Source: a virus
Lineage: Duplodnaviria > Caudoviricetes
Reading direction: 5' to 3' (one strand)
Length of the DNA stretch: 64,000 bases
Virus record (IMG/VR): IMGVR_UViG_3300022661_000051
The notes below the pieces were generated by a model that was not told the origin of the DNA, made no database searches, and was given only the letters and a program-made list of their open reading frames with translations. Positions 55,219 to 64,000 of the stretch are shown here, piece by piece; the first letter of the stretch is position 1, and each line of letters begins with the position of its first letter. The position numbers were made by a program, and so were the translations under genes.

Positions 55219-55647
55219 ATGAATGAATTCTGGACGGAATATGCACAAATTCTATTTGTGTATCTTGTTATCACTACGTTGTCGATCCTTTCAATCGTGA
55301 AAAGATATCTTAAACGTAAAAACGAGATTGAACTGTACAAATTTAATATGACACTCAAGATAGACGAAGATATTGAATCTCGTCTCGATTTTATAATTGA
55401 ATCTTGTTTTCAAGAGTATTCTCTCGCCAAGTTAGTAAATGCATCAGATTGGTACATTTCTGAAAAAGAAGAGATCGATATCAATAAAGAGATCAATAAC
55501 CTTGTCGCTCAGAGACTCAGCCCTATACTAATGGATCAATTATCTATTTACTATATGAAATCTGAAATACCGGATATCATTGCGAAAAGAGTATACTATC
55601 GTGTAACTAATTTCGTAATCGAACACAATAGATCTTATAAATCATAA
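55219..55647 (+). CDS. Membrane protein
   Basis: N-terminal TM helix, AGGAGG SD. Confidence 0.7.
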   Translation: MNEFWTEYAQILFVYLVITTLSILSIVKRYLKRKNEIELYKFNMTLKIDEDIESRLDFIIESCFQEYSLAKLVNASDWYISEKEEIDINKEINNLVAQRLSPILMDQLSIYYMKSEIPDIIAKRVYYRVTNFVIEHNRSYKS

Positions 55648-55651
55648 TTAT

Positions 55652-55681
55652 GAAGCCTGGCCTCTTGCCAGGCTTCTTTTT
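55652..55681 (+). terminator. Intrinsic terminator
   Basis: GAAGCCTGGC-ctctt-GCCAGGCTTC + T-run. Confidence 0.8.
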
Positions 55682-55736
55682 ACGCCGCGAACATATCATT
55701 AATAATTAAATATCTAAGAAAGGAGAGTCGATTGAT

Positions 55737-58700
55737 ATGGGATACGATATATCCTATAAGATGAAATATACTGATAATCCTTATGTAGATTTATTGGTCC
55801 ATGAAACCAAGAATATGGCCATAAACAGTATTGTTAAAAACGAGAGAGAAGCTCTCCGATACGAGACATTAGAATCTCGAACAGAATCTGATAAGATGAT
55901 TAGTGCTCGACAAGGAGTACCGATTGATCCAAATTATAATGTCGACAACTATGTAGAATCTAATCGATATTATAGAATTCTATCCGGACAGCCGCCGTTC
56001 CCTACAGACGAAGAGATTAAGGCTTATAAAGAAGAGTACGGCAATAATGCAGATATTTCTAAACTATATTACTCTAAGTATATTAATCTTAGAGATTATG
56101 AAATGTACCTAACGGACGGTACGACTATGGATAGTCTAGTTGGACGAGATAAGTTCTATCTTCATCAATTAGATCAAACAAAATTGGATACTCTTGAGCG
56201 TCTAGGAATAATGAGTATTATACGAGATGAACACCCAGGTAATGATTATTCCTATATTTATCATATGGCAGATAAAGCCATTGATCCTTTTATTGCTAGA
56301 ACCGCAGAAAATTTCTCCCTTTTGTATTGCCCAAAAGGAGAATTTGATGAGATTCATTATAAGTATAAGAGAATGTTTGATAGAAACAGACTTTATACTA
56401 TATCGACAATATATAGTGAAGCGTTTGCTTATGGTAGTGTTCACTATGATGCATTTATTCAGATACTTATTGTCATCCAAACGATGGTTGATATGATATC
56501 TGAAGTTCAGGAATACATCATTAACAAAGATGTATTCGACTCTCGTACTATTCGATACTTGTTTGAGTCTTATGGTATTCCATACTATAAAGAGATCCCA
56601 GTCAAGTATCAGCTTGCTTTAATTAAGAATGTGAACAAACTTCTGAAGTATAAATCTACCAATAGAAACATTGTTGATATATGTGAACTGTTTGGTTTTA
56701 AAGATATCGAAGTATTCACTTATTATATTTTGAAAACGAAAAGAGTTCCAAAGTCGGAACTCAAATTTTACACCGAAGATGATATTACAATATCAAAACC
56801 TGATGGAATATGTTATCTTCAGAGTGATTTGTTTGGTACTGATTCTGGCGGAAAGCTTGATAAACCAATGTATCCGATTATGTTTGAACAAAACCCAGGG
56901 TCTCCACAGATAGATGGATGGATTGAAGTTCAGTATGTGGAAAAGGCTATAAAATCTAATCCTGATTGGGGTGGTCCTCCATATGTAGGATTACCTATAC
57001 CGCTAAATGGAATAGTTCCTATTTATAATGAACAAAACCCATCTAAGATTATTACAGAAGATATGGTCGGACTTGAGGATTTCGAGGCTAATTATGATAT
57101 TAAATTTCTTAAAGTTCCCATTACAGAACCCAATGCTTCGAAGTATATTGAAGATGAGGGTAACAAATACTCATATGATTATGTAACAAATCAAGATCCA
57201 TTCTGGGATGGAATATCTAAAGATGATATTCTCACTCCTCAAGAAAAGAGTAACTATCACAACAAAAAGAAGTTAGAAATCCTCTCTCAGGATTTCTCTT
57301 GTGAACGAACAAAATACATTTCTGTTGATGCTAATATTGACGTATATGATATGTCATATCAGTTATGCTATTTTATGAGTATCATCAATAATGCGGAACT
57401 TGCGAACTGTGATCTCTTAATGTTAGATATCGACGCTAAAATATTTGATAGAGATGGAGAGGCACGAGTTCATATAAGTGATCTTTTAACTCTCGCTACT
57501 GCATTAAGTTATCTTTATAATGGTGTCGAACCTGATGTCATTACTAATGATAGAGAGAGTAATATGTATATACATGGATTTAATTTTGATTCTCATTGGA
57601 CAGAGATTTTTAACAATGAAAAAGAAATTATCAATGTTCAAAAACTGTTGAATGAGGTTAAAGCTATAAATCCACACAAGACTATTGGTTATAAAGAACT
57701 TGCTGATAGTATAACCGAAGACACTACCGAAGATCCGACTCCAAAGATCAAAGAAAATGTCGAGTATGGATATCTTGTAGAGTCTGATGCTAAAGTTGAT
57801 GAAGGATACACTGTAGGAGCTTATTTGTCTGGTCGTTATAAGGCTTGTACATGCGAAACAACTCCTCAGAATCCATATGAATCATATATATGGGAAAATT
57901 TAAGCAAACAAAAAATATATGATTATTCTCAAGGATATGACTCTTATACTGAAAATGGTATTAATGGTCATAGTTATCCTACATATCTTGAGAAAGATAT
58001 AATATCTGGAGCATATCCAGAATCTAATTTCGGGGAGGATGCCGGTGGTATATATCATATAATTGATAACACCGATAATACTCCGTATGAAGCTGAAGAT
58101 AATTCTCATGCTGATTTTATAAATATTGATTATATTGCTAATGCTTCTAGCGACTTAGAAGCTTTTGAGAATATGAAGAAGCTATACTTGACAAATATGA
58201 ATCTTCATGATCATTTGGCTTATATGATGCGTACTGCTGATAACAAAAGAATCTATGATATCTATAAGACATTATATGATTCTTTTATGATAACAAAGGT
58301 AAGTACACAAATATACAGTAGTGATATAGGTATTAATAAAACTTACTATGAGTATCTTTCTGAAAGAAATTCTGATCTGTATGGAGTTTTAGACAAAGCT
58401 TCTAAGATTACCAATTCAGATGAACAGAAGACATACATATCTAACGTCTGCGAATATATCGCATATGCGTTAGAGAAGTACTTTGAATCTGAAAATTGGA
58501 GTTATATATACAATATAATTCCAAACCAGAACGTTGAGTTTATTCAGTCTTGTATTCTTAAAATGGTAATATTCTTTAAGTCGTGGAAAACTCAGATGTT
58601 GGATCAAACAGTGTCATTTGCACTTAACAATCCAACAGACAATAGAGTTTATGTTCTTGATGATTTAAGAGTATCATCACATAGACAATTGCACGAGAAA

Positions 58701-59000
58701 GTACGTCCTATCGAGTTCTTACATTTCCAGAATAATATTGCATGTAAAGATTACTGTAGTCCTACAGATTCTATACATATCAGTTTAAGAAAAGAAATGT
58801 ATATTGCAACCGAAAAAGACTTTATCTACTACATCGTTAATAATGAAACGTACCTTGTTCGTTATATTGGAACGCATACAGTATTCAGAGTTGCCGAATT
58901 CTTCGAAGGTTCTCCAGTTGTATATATTGAAGAACCATGCTTCGGTTGGACTGATGTTGAACATGTCGTTCTTCCTGACGGCGTAACATGGATTAAATAA
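55737..59000 (+). CDS. Virion structural protein (baseplate-like) with C-terminal BspA/LRR-like repeat
   Basis: 1087 aa; LFESYGIPY...LLKYKST...I.ELFG baseplate-wedge-like motif; ends VVLPDGVTWI; late promoter 55690-55701. Confidence 0.6.
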   Translation: MGYDISYKMKYTDNPYVDLLVHETKNMAINSIVKNEREALRYETLESRTESDKMISARQGVPIDPNYNVDNYVESNRYYRILSGQPPFPTDEEIKAYKEEYGNNADISKLYYSKYINLRDYEMYLTDGTTMDSLVGRDKFYLHQLDQTKLDTLERLGIMSIIRDEHPGNDYSYIYHMADKAIDPFIARTAENFSLLYCPKGEFDEIHYKYKRMFDRNRLYTISTIYSEAFAYGSVHYDAFIQILIVIQTMVDMISEVQEYIINKDVFDSRTIRYLFESYGIPYYKEIPVKYQLALIKNVNKLLKYKSTNRNIVDICELFGFKDIEVFTYYILKTKRVPKSELKFYTEDDITISKPDGICYLQSDLFGTDSGGKLDKPMYPIMFEQNPGSPQIDGWIEVQYVEKAIKSNPDWGGPPYVGLPIPLNGIVPIYNEQNPSKIITEDMVGLEDFEANYDIKFLKVPITEPNASKYIEDEGNKYSYDYVTNQDPFWDGISKDDILTPQEKSNYHNKKKLEILSQDFSCERTKYISVDANIDVYDMSYQLCYFMSIINNAELANCDLLMLDIDAKIFDRDGEARVHISDLLTLATALSYLYNGVEPDVITNDRESNMYIHGFNFDSHWTEIFNNEKEIINVQKLLNEVKAINPHKTIGYKELADSITEDTTEDPTPKIKENVEYGYLVESDAKVDEGYTVGAYLSGRYKACTCETTPQNPYESYIWENLSKQKIYDYSQGYDSYTENGINGHSYPTYLEKDIISGAYPESNFGEDAGGIYHIIDNTDNTPYEAEDNSHADFINIDYIANASSDLEAFENMKKLYLTNMNLHDHLAYMMRTADNKRIYDIYKTLYDSFMITKVSTQIYSSDIGINKTYYEYLSERNSDLYGVLDKASKITNSDEQKTYISNVCEYIAYALEKYFESENWSYIYNIIPNQNVEFIQSCILKMVIFFKSWKTQMLDQTVSFALNNPTDNRVYVLDDLRVSSHRQLHEKVRPIEFLHFQNNIACKDYCSPTDSIHISLRKEMYIATEKDFIYYIVNNETYLVRYIGTHTVFRVAEFFEGSPVVYIEEPCFGWTDVEHVVLPDGVTWIK

Positions 59001-59014
59001 TAGGAGGGATATAA

Positions 59015-59977
59015 ATGTCAAATAAGAATCTTTCTATCTTTGAAGGTTCTCGTCCTGGAGAAAAGGTCGAACTCAAAGGTACAATGATCGTATTACGCAA
59101 TAAAGCTACGGGTAAAGTTATATTCCGTGGTTCAAATAAAATGCTCGTCTCAGGATCTGAGACGAACGCTCTAAAGTCATTTAACTTCGATCCAACATGG
59201 TCTAGTGTTGAGTCTCATATTGCAAATATTCCTACATATGATTCGGTAATTCCTAACATTACAGAGATCAATGGAGCTAAACCTTTAACGGACGGTATTT
59301 TATCAGGTATCGGAAATTTCAATCCATCTGCAACATCTGGTGCAGATTTCTATAAGAAGTGTTTATATGAATACTTTACCGAAAGAGTATGTTTATTCGC
59401 TGTAGGTATTGACGGTTGCGGTATCGAAAACTCAAGAATATATAAGGTTCAGAATACTAAGTGGATAGCTCCTACGGGTTATGTTACTCCACAAGCCGGA
59501 ATGGATCAGAATATAACAAACTGTCTGATTCCGTTTAAGATGACATCTACAGATCTTACATCATCCGAAAGAGAATTATATTTCGGAAGAGCAGAAGATG
59601 CTACTGGTCAGATTTCTTATTATTTCAAGGGATTCGACTCAGCTCCAACTCTTATTCGTAGATATAGCGATGACTCTTCTGATCTTGCAATGGTTGCAGA
59701 TGTATGGAAAGACTCTAGATTATCTGAAGCTGATATGGTTGTTGAGCTCAAGATGTCTGTTAGTACAACTGACTGTAGACAGTATTTCACTACATTAACT
59801 GGTGAATCCACAGCAAAGATAAATACTATATCTCTTTTAACTGCTATTCCATATCAGGATGCAAATGGTCAGCTTTTCTATAAGAATATTCGTCCATATA
59901 CAAAGTTCAACTTTGCTAACGAATCTCTTATAGATGCTTCTAAGGGTATTGATATCTCATATTATTTATACTATTAA
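59015..59977 (+). CDS. Virion structural protein (baseplate/tail)
   Basis: 320 aa in a late structural operon; C-terminal IDISYYLYY. Confidence 0.55.
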   Translation: MSNKNLSIFEGSRPGEKVELKGTMIVLRNKATGKVIFRGSNKMLVSGSETNALKSFNFDPTWSSVESHIANIPTYDSVIPNITEINGAKPLTDGILSGIGNFNPSATSGADFYKKCLYEYFTERVCLFAVGIDGCGIENSRIYKVQNTKWIAPTGYVTPQAGMDQNITNCLIPFKMTSTDLTSSERELYFGRAEDATGQISYYFKGFDSAPTLIRRYSDDSSDLAMVADVWKDSRLSEADMVVELKMSVSTTDCRQYFTTLTGESTAKINTISLLTAIPYQDANGQLFYKNIRPYTKFNFANESLIDASKGIDISYYLYY

Positions 59978-59986
59978 GATAAGGCG

Positions 59987-60916
59987 GTGGAGTTGATGTC
60001 CTTTTCAATAGATCCAAATATTAATGATGGACTTCCGTTTATATCTGTTCATCATCTTGAATTATCACAGGATACGACTCGTATAATTGAGCCTTATCCT
60101 GAAGGATTTTTTCATCTAAAGTCTGATGTTAATGGAGGGATTCCGTATATCACGGAGTCCGCCATTGAACTCGCGGCAGATAAATCTACTATTGTAGCAC
60201 CATATCCAGATTCTTTCTTTAGAAAGACATCGGATGTTAACGATGGCGTTCCATACATTTCTGAAATTCATGTTGTATTAGGGGAAGACTCTACTATGGT
60301 AGTCGCTCCATATCCACAATCATTCTTCAGAAAATTAATTGATCTAAATGACGGAATACCTTATATTAATGAAGAAGCTATAAAACTTGCCGAAGATCCG
60401 AGATATGTAAACGAACCATATCCGGATTCGTTCTTCCATTTAGATGTGTCAAAGACCGACCCGATAAATAATAGCGTACCATTTATTTCTGAAGAAGCTA
60501 TAAAACTTTCAGAAGATCCGAGATATGTAAACGAACCGTATCCCGATTCATTCTTCCAGAAGTCTGCATATAATAATGGAACTCCTTACATAACCGATAG
60601 GGAGCTTATTAATGGTGCATTTATTCATGCTATTGATGTAGAATATGTGTATATTCCATATCAGGTTACAAAGTTCGGAAAGTATGCATTTATGGATACT
60701 CCGAAACTGTCAGAAGTTGAAATTAATGCCCTTTCTACTTATGAAGAAACTACATTCGATGAAAATACACTCATCAAATACTACAATATTCGAACACGAT
60801 CATTCAGTATGTCATGGGACGATCTAACTGAAGATGATATATTATCAGATATGATGGATAGTGGTTCTCAAGTATATACCGAATTCGTTGAAGATGGAGG
60901 CGATTTAAATGGCTAA
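59987..60916 (+). CDS. Repeat protein (~36-aa repeats) with BspA/LRR_5-like C-terminus
   Basis: Five-plus NxGxP[FY]I...PYPxxFF repeats; IPYQVTKFGKYAF; alternative start ATG 59996. Confidence 0.7.
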   Translation: MELMSFSIDPNINDGLPFISVHHLELSQDTTRIIEPYPEGFFHLKSDVNGGIPYITESAIELAADKSTIVAPYPDSFFRKTSDVNDGVPYISEIHVVLGEDSTMVVAPYPQSFFRKLIDLNDGIPYINEEAIKLAEDPRYVNEPYPDSFFHLDVSKTDPINNSVPFISEEAIKLSEDPRYVNEPYPDSFFQKSAYNNGTPYITDRELINGAFIHAIDVEYVYIPYQVTKFGKYAFMDTPKLSEVEINALSTYEETTFDENTLIKYYNIRTRSFSMSWDDLTEDDILSDMMDSGSQVYTEFVEDGGDLNG

Positions 60917-62138
60917 AGGATCAATGATTGATGCTATAACATACTATACCACTAAAGACCCGACAAAAATAGTAGATTTAGAATTAAAAGGAGATCCTGG
61001 AAGTGATACTAACCCATATTGTGTTGAGGATTATGAAGATTTAATCTCTACTCAATATAAGTATAATTACATGCTCGTTTCCGATATCAACTTCGAAAAG
61101 TATTTTAAAAAGAAATACGGCTTAGGATGGAACAACTATAGTTCTGGTGTGGTAAGGCTTACTGTAATTAAATTCAATACATTATTCGATTTTAATGGAT
61201 ATGCATTCCATAATCTTATTTTTAAGAATTATAATGCTTATAAAAGTAGCGCTCAAATCCATGGTAGTTCTATATTATTTGCTTGTGACACACCTCAAAC
61301 ACGTGAAACTCCTGAAATATATGTAAAAAAATTAAAGATAACAAACTGTGTATTTTCAGAATCGTATTTCACTAATAACTCTCTTTGCTTAATATCTTGC
61401 GGTAGAAGAAAAGCTTCGAGTTATGAACTTAACATAGGATATTTTAATTTTATAGAGCCAGAAATAAATTTATACTTTTCAAATGATTTTGTAGAAGCAA
61501 CCGCTGCGAACTTAGGTATTTTTAGCTGGCTACTTCCTGATCCGAATTGTATTACTGGTGTAGATATTAGTAGTGGTTACTCTAATCCTTCTGAATCAAT
61601 CAAGATATTCGACGCTATTATAAAAATATCAGGAAAATTTTACGATTATACTAGCAGCCTAGATATGATTTCAGGATTGATTTATCGTGGATCTAATGGT
61701 GGTTGGGCAATGTATTATAACACAACAATTATTCTAAACGAGCCGGTTATTAAACTTAGAACGCAGACTTTCGCAGATCTTAGTATGATGAATGTCGGAT
61801 TGATAGATAATCTCCATATAACAGGAAAAGTAACATTAAGACCCGAATCTGAAAGTAGAAACAGTTTTACCTTATTAGGTACTAGAACATCTAGAACAAA
61901 TACTGTATTCTTTGATGCCGAAATAGTAAATGATTCTGATATTCCTATTACGCTTAATTATTATAACACATCTCCAGCTGGAGTTGTTATTAATAAAGAT
62001 AAAATAAAAGCGGAGAACAATGTTACTCTTACATGTAGTAATAGTGATAATGAAAAATACTTATTAACAACCGAACAGCTAAAGGACAGAGATCTCCTGG
62101 AAGAGCTGAACTTTTTGCGTTTCGGTTTGGAAGAATAA
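60909..62138 (+). CDS. Putative receptor-binding/tail-associated protein, paralog 1
   Basis: GSDTNPY...EDL...YMLVSDINF...FDFNGY.F.N; C-terminal NKDKI...TTEQLKD. Confidence 0.6.
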   Translation: MAKGSMIDAITYYTTKDPTKIVDLELKGDPGSDTNPYCVEDYEDLISTQYKYNYMLVSDINFEKYFKKKYGLGWNNYSSGVVRLTVIKFNTLFDFNGYAFHNLIFKNYNAYKSSAQIHGSSILFACDTPQTRETPEIYVKKLKITNCVFSESYFTNNSLCLISCGRRKASSYELNIGYFNFIEPEINLYFSNDFVEATAANLGIFSWLLPDPNCITGVDISSGYSNPSESIKIFDAIIKISGKFYDYTSSLDMISGLIYRGSNGGWAMYYNTTIILNEPVIKLRTQTFADLSMMNVGLIDNLHITGKVTLRPESESRNSFTLLGTRTSRTNTVFFDAEIVNDSDIPITLNYYNTSPAGVVINKDKIKAENNVTLTCSNSDNEKYLLTTEQLKDRDLLEELNFLRFGLEE

Positions 62139-62156
62139 AGAAAGGAGGAATTATAT

Positions 62157-63503
62157 ATGGCAGCTAAAATGAGTGCATATGAATATTACGATTCTCTTGA
62201 TAATATGACAGAGTTAGCAAAATATGACGGTAATGCTAGAAGAGGAACTATAAATAATCCTTGGGTAATAAGAGACTGGGAAGATCTACAGAATACTTAT
62301 AGAGGTTCGGAGAGTAACGTTTACACCTCAAGTTATCAAGCTCATTTTATATTAGTTAACGATATAGATTTTGCTAAATTAAATTTTGGATCTATAAATA
62401 CGCATGCTGGTGACGGGTATATCGGGAGCAATTATCGTGGATATATAGAATACTGTGACAGTTTCGATTTTAATGGATATGAGTTTCGAAATATTATTTA
62501 TCGAAATATAACTTCTATAAATGGATTTTATAAAGATGCTCTTATCGAAATTAGTTACAGACATGAAGATAAAGATATTATAATGAAAAATGTTAAGATG
62601 TCAAATATTATTATAAACGAATGTTATTTAAATGCTGATCTCGACGTGTCAGGAGGAATCTACAGTTACCAAAGCGATTGTCTTTCTATAATTCGATTCT
62701 ACACTTATAGATATAATGTTGTTATTGATGGATTAAATCTTAATATATCAATATCTCAACAGAACCAAATAAATAAAACCCTTGTATACGGTATGCATAC
62801 TACAGACCTTATATATGCTAACAAATTACAATTATTCTCGATTGGTTCAGTATATGGAGGAAATATTAAATTTAAGAATACGTTTATTAAATTTTCCGGC
62901 ATAAACAAACACTGGTTTAGTGTTGGATCTTCTGGCTATAGAGACAATACGGATGTTAATGCTATATGCTGTCTCCCTTCTGGTTGTTTACATGGAATGG
63001 CTACCATGCCTTCAGCTAAATCGGAAGATTCAAACAATAAGTTTAAAAATATGTATGACACCACTCTCTTCTTTAATGATTACATAATTGATGTCGATAC
63101 AGATGGTTATTCGTCAAGTTTTAGCAAATGTAGTACATTATTAACTCCTGCTATACCTACAGATTCTCTATATATTACTGGATCTATTAAGATTAAATTT
63201 TCCAAAAGCGGTGGTCAAGGGAACAGAGGTGCCGATCTTTATATTTGTGGAAATCCGCATTCCAATGTAATATTTAATTGCGAACTTTCTTATATATCAG
63301 ATAATATTGCTAGTAATTTCAAAATAAAAAACGACGCTAGATATGGTAAGGTTATTGTGAACAAAGATAAAATACCTGACGATATGTTCGCCTCTAACTT
63401 CGATAATTCAAACGGTGGCATTATATTCGCAACAACGGAACAATTACAAGACGAAACATGGCTTCGTAATAATGGTTTATTCTTCTTGAAAACATCTTCA
63501 TAA
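62157..63503 (+). CDS. Putative receptor-binding/tail-associated protein, paralog 2
   Basis: GTINNPW.IRDWEDL...FILVNDIDF...FDFNGYEFRN; C-terminal NKDKI...TTEQLQD. Confidence 0.6.
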   Translation: MAAKMSAYEYYDSLDNMTELAKYDGNARRGTINNPWVIRDWEDLQNTYRGSESNVYTSSYQAHFILVNDIDFAKLNFGSINTHAGDGYIGSNYRGYIEYCDSFDFNGYEFRNIIYRNITSINGFYKDALIEISYRHEDKDIIMKNVKMSNIIINECYLNADLDVSGGIYSYQSDCLSIIRFYTYRYNVVIDGLNLNISISQQNQINKTLVYGMHTTDLIYANKLQLFSIGSVYGGNIKFKNTFIKFSGINKHWFSVGSSGYRDNTDVNAICCLPSGCLHGMATMPSAKSEDSNNKFKNMYDTTLFFNDYIIDVDTDGYSSSFSKCSTLLTPAIPTDSLYITGSIKIKFSKSGGQGNRGADLYICGNPHSNVIFNCELSYISDNIASNFKIKNDARYGKVIVNKDKIPDDMFASNFDNSNGGIIFATTEQLQDETWLRNNGLFFLKTSS

Positions 63504-63520
63504 TATAAGGAGGGATTATA

Positions 63521-64000
63521 ATGGCTAGAGAACCTATCAGTGCATATCAATATTATATGTCTATAAACGACACCGCAAAAGCTGCTAATTACGACAGTGC
63601 TGCAGCAGATGGAAGTGAAGAAAATCCGTACGCTATAAGAGACTGGTATGACATTTATAATGTTTATAATTCTCTTACATTAGGAAATAATAAATACTAT
63701 TCGTTTATACTTGTAAATGACATTGATTTTAACAAAGTATCTACTCGTAGATTAAACGCGCTACAAAATATTGAAACTATTCCAGAATTAAAGGTTAACG
63801 GATTTTTTGATTTTAACGGACATTCTTTTAAAAATATTATCTTTAGAAATATGTCTGGCACTTGTGGAAACAAAGTCAATGTTAATAATGGTTCTACTAA
63901 TTTTTTAGGATGTCTAATACAGATATCCGCAGCTTCAGTTACAGACGATTTGGGTAATTTAAAGCCTTTGATTATTAAAAATGCAAAAATCGAAAACTTT
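63521..64000 (+). CDS. Paralog 3 of the same family (partial, runs off window end)
   Basis: Not in track. MAREPISAYQYY...GSEENPYAIRDWYD...FILVNDIDF...FDFNGHSFKN; AAGGAGG SD. Confidence 0.75.
   Translation, partial: MAREPISAYQYYMSINDTAKAANYDSAAADGSEENPYAIRDWYDIYNVYNSLTLGNNKYYSFILVNDIDFNKVSTRRLNALQNIETIPELKVNGFFDFNGHSFKNIIFRNMSGTCGNKVNVNNGSTNFLGCLIQISAASVTDDLGNLKPLIIKNAKIENF

Noticed and set aside
339-63879. Numerous short opposite-strand or overlapping ORFs in the track (e.g. 339-536, 746-931, 2039-2482, 27990-28508, 52378-53097, 53873-54325)
   Set aside because: Shadows of well-supported genes; no SD and no recognisable motifs
60909-64000. Diversity-generating retroelement or invertible shufflon
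   Set aside because: No reverse transcriptase, adenine-variable TR/VR pair, recombinase or inverted sites seen in the window
1-64000. Stop-codon recoding, tRNA or rRNA genes
   Set aside because: Long intact ORFs under the standard code end in TAA, TAG and TGA; no cloverleaf or rRNA signature noticed

Overview
This is a 64-kb segment of an AT-rich jumbo bacteriophage of the AR9/PBS1/phiKZ-related type, which encodes multisubunit RNA polymerases. Strong AGGAGG Shine-Dalgarno (SD) sites, an LL-H-like holin, an M15 endolysin and BspA-like repeats point to a Bacillota host, probably clostridial. The left ~44 kb holds transcription and replication genes: split RNAP beta subunits (non-virion N and C halves plus a virion beta C-terminal fragment), NAD+ ligase, RecA/UvsX, a tubulin/FtsZ-family GTPase, GyrA and GyrB, SF1B and DnaB helicases, SbcD-like and PD-(D/E)XK nucleases, and a PolB-palm-like protein. 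It also holds anti-defence candidates (an AcrIII-1/DUF1874 ring nuclease and a macrodomain) and the prohead protease with probable head-cargo proteins. The right ~20 kb holds virion and lysis genes and a tandem family of variable receptor-binding-like proteins. Four things are not explained by the ORF list. (i) There is a two-tier promoter code: early TRTATATWAT at 8 sites and late AAC[A/T]-N6-T[A/G] at 22 sites, the latter AR9-like. (ii) At least four unannotated promoter-to-terminator non-coding RNAs are present, including a ~300-nt structured RNA carrying eight GCCG motifs and an sRNA antisense to an SD+AUG. (iii) A multi-hairpin leader sequesters the SD of the anti-CRISPR ring nuclease. 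(iv) A recurrent PAF[VI]K linear motif is shared by unrelated replication and transcription proteins. All calls are by motif recognition only; no database searches were run.
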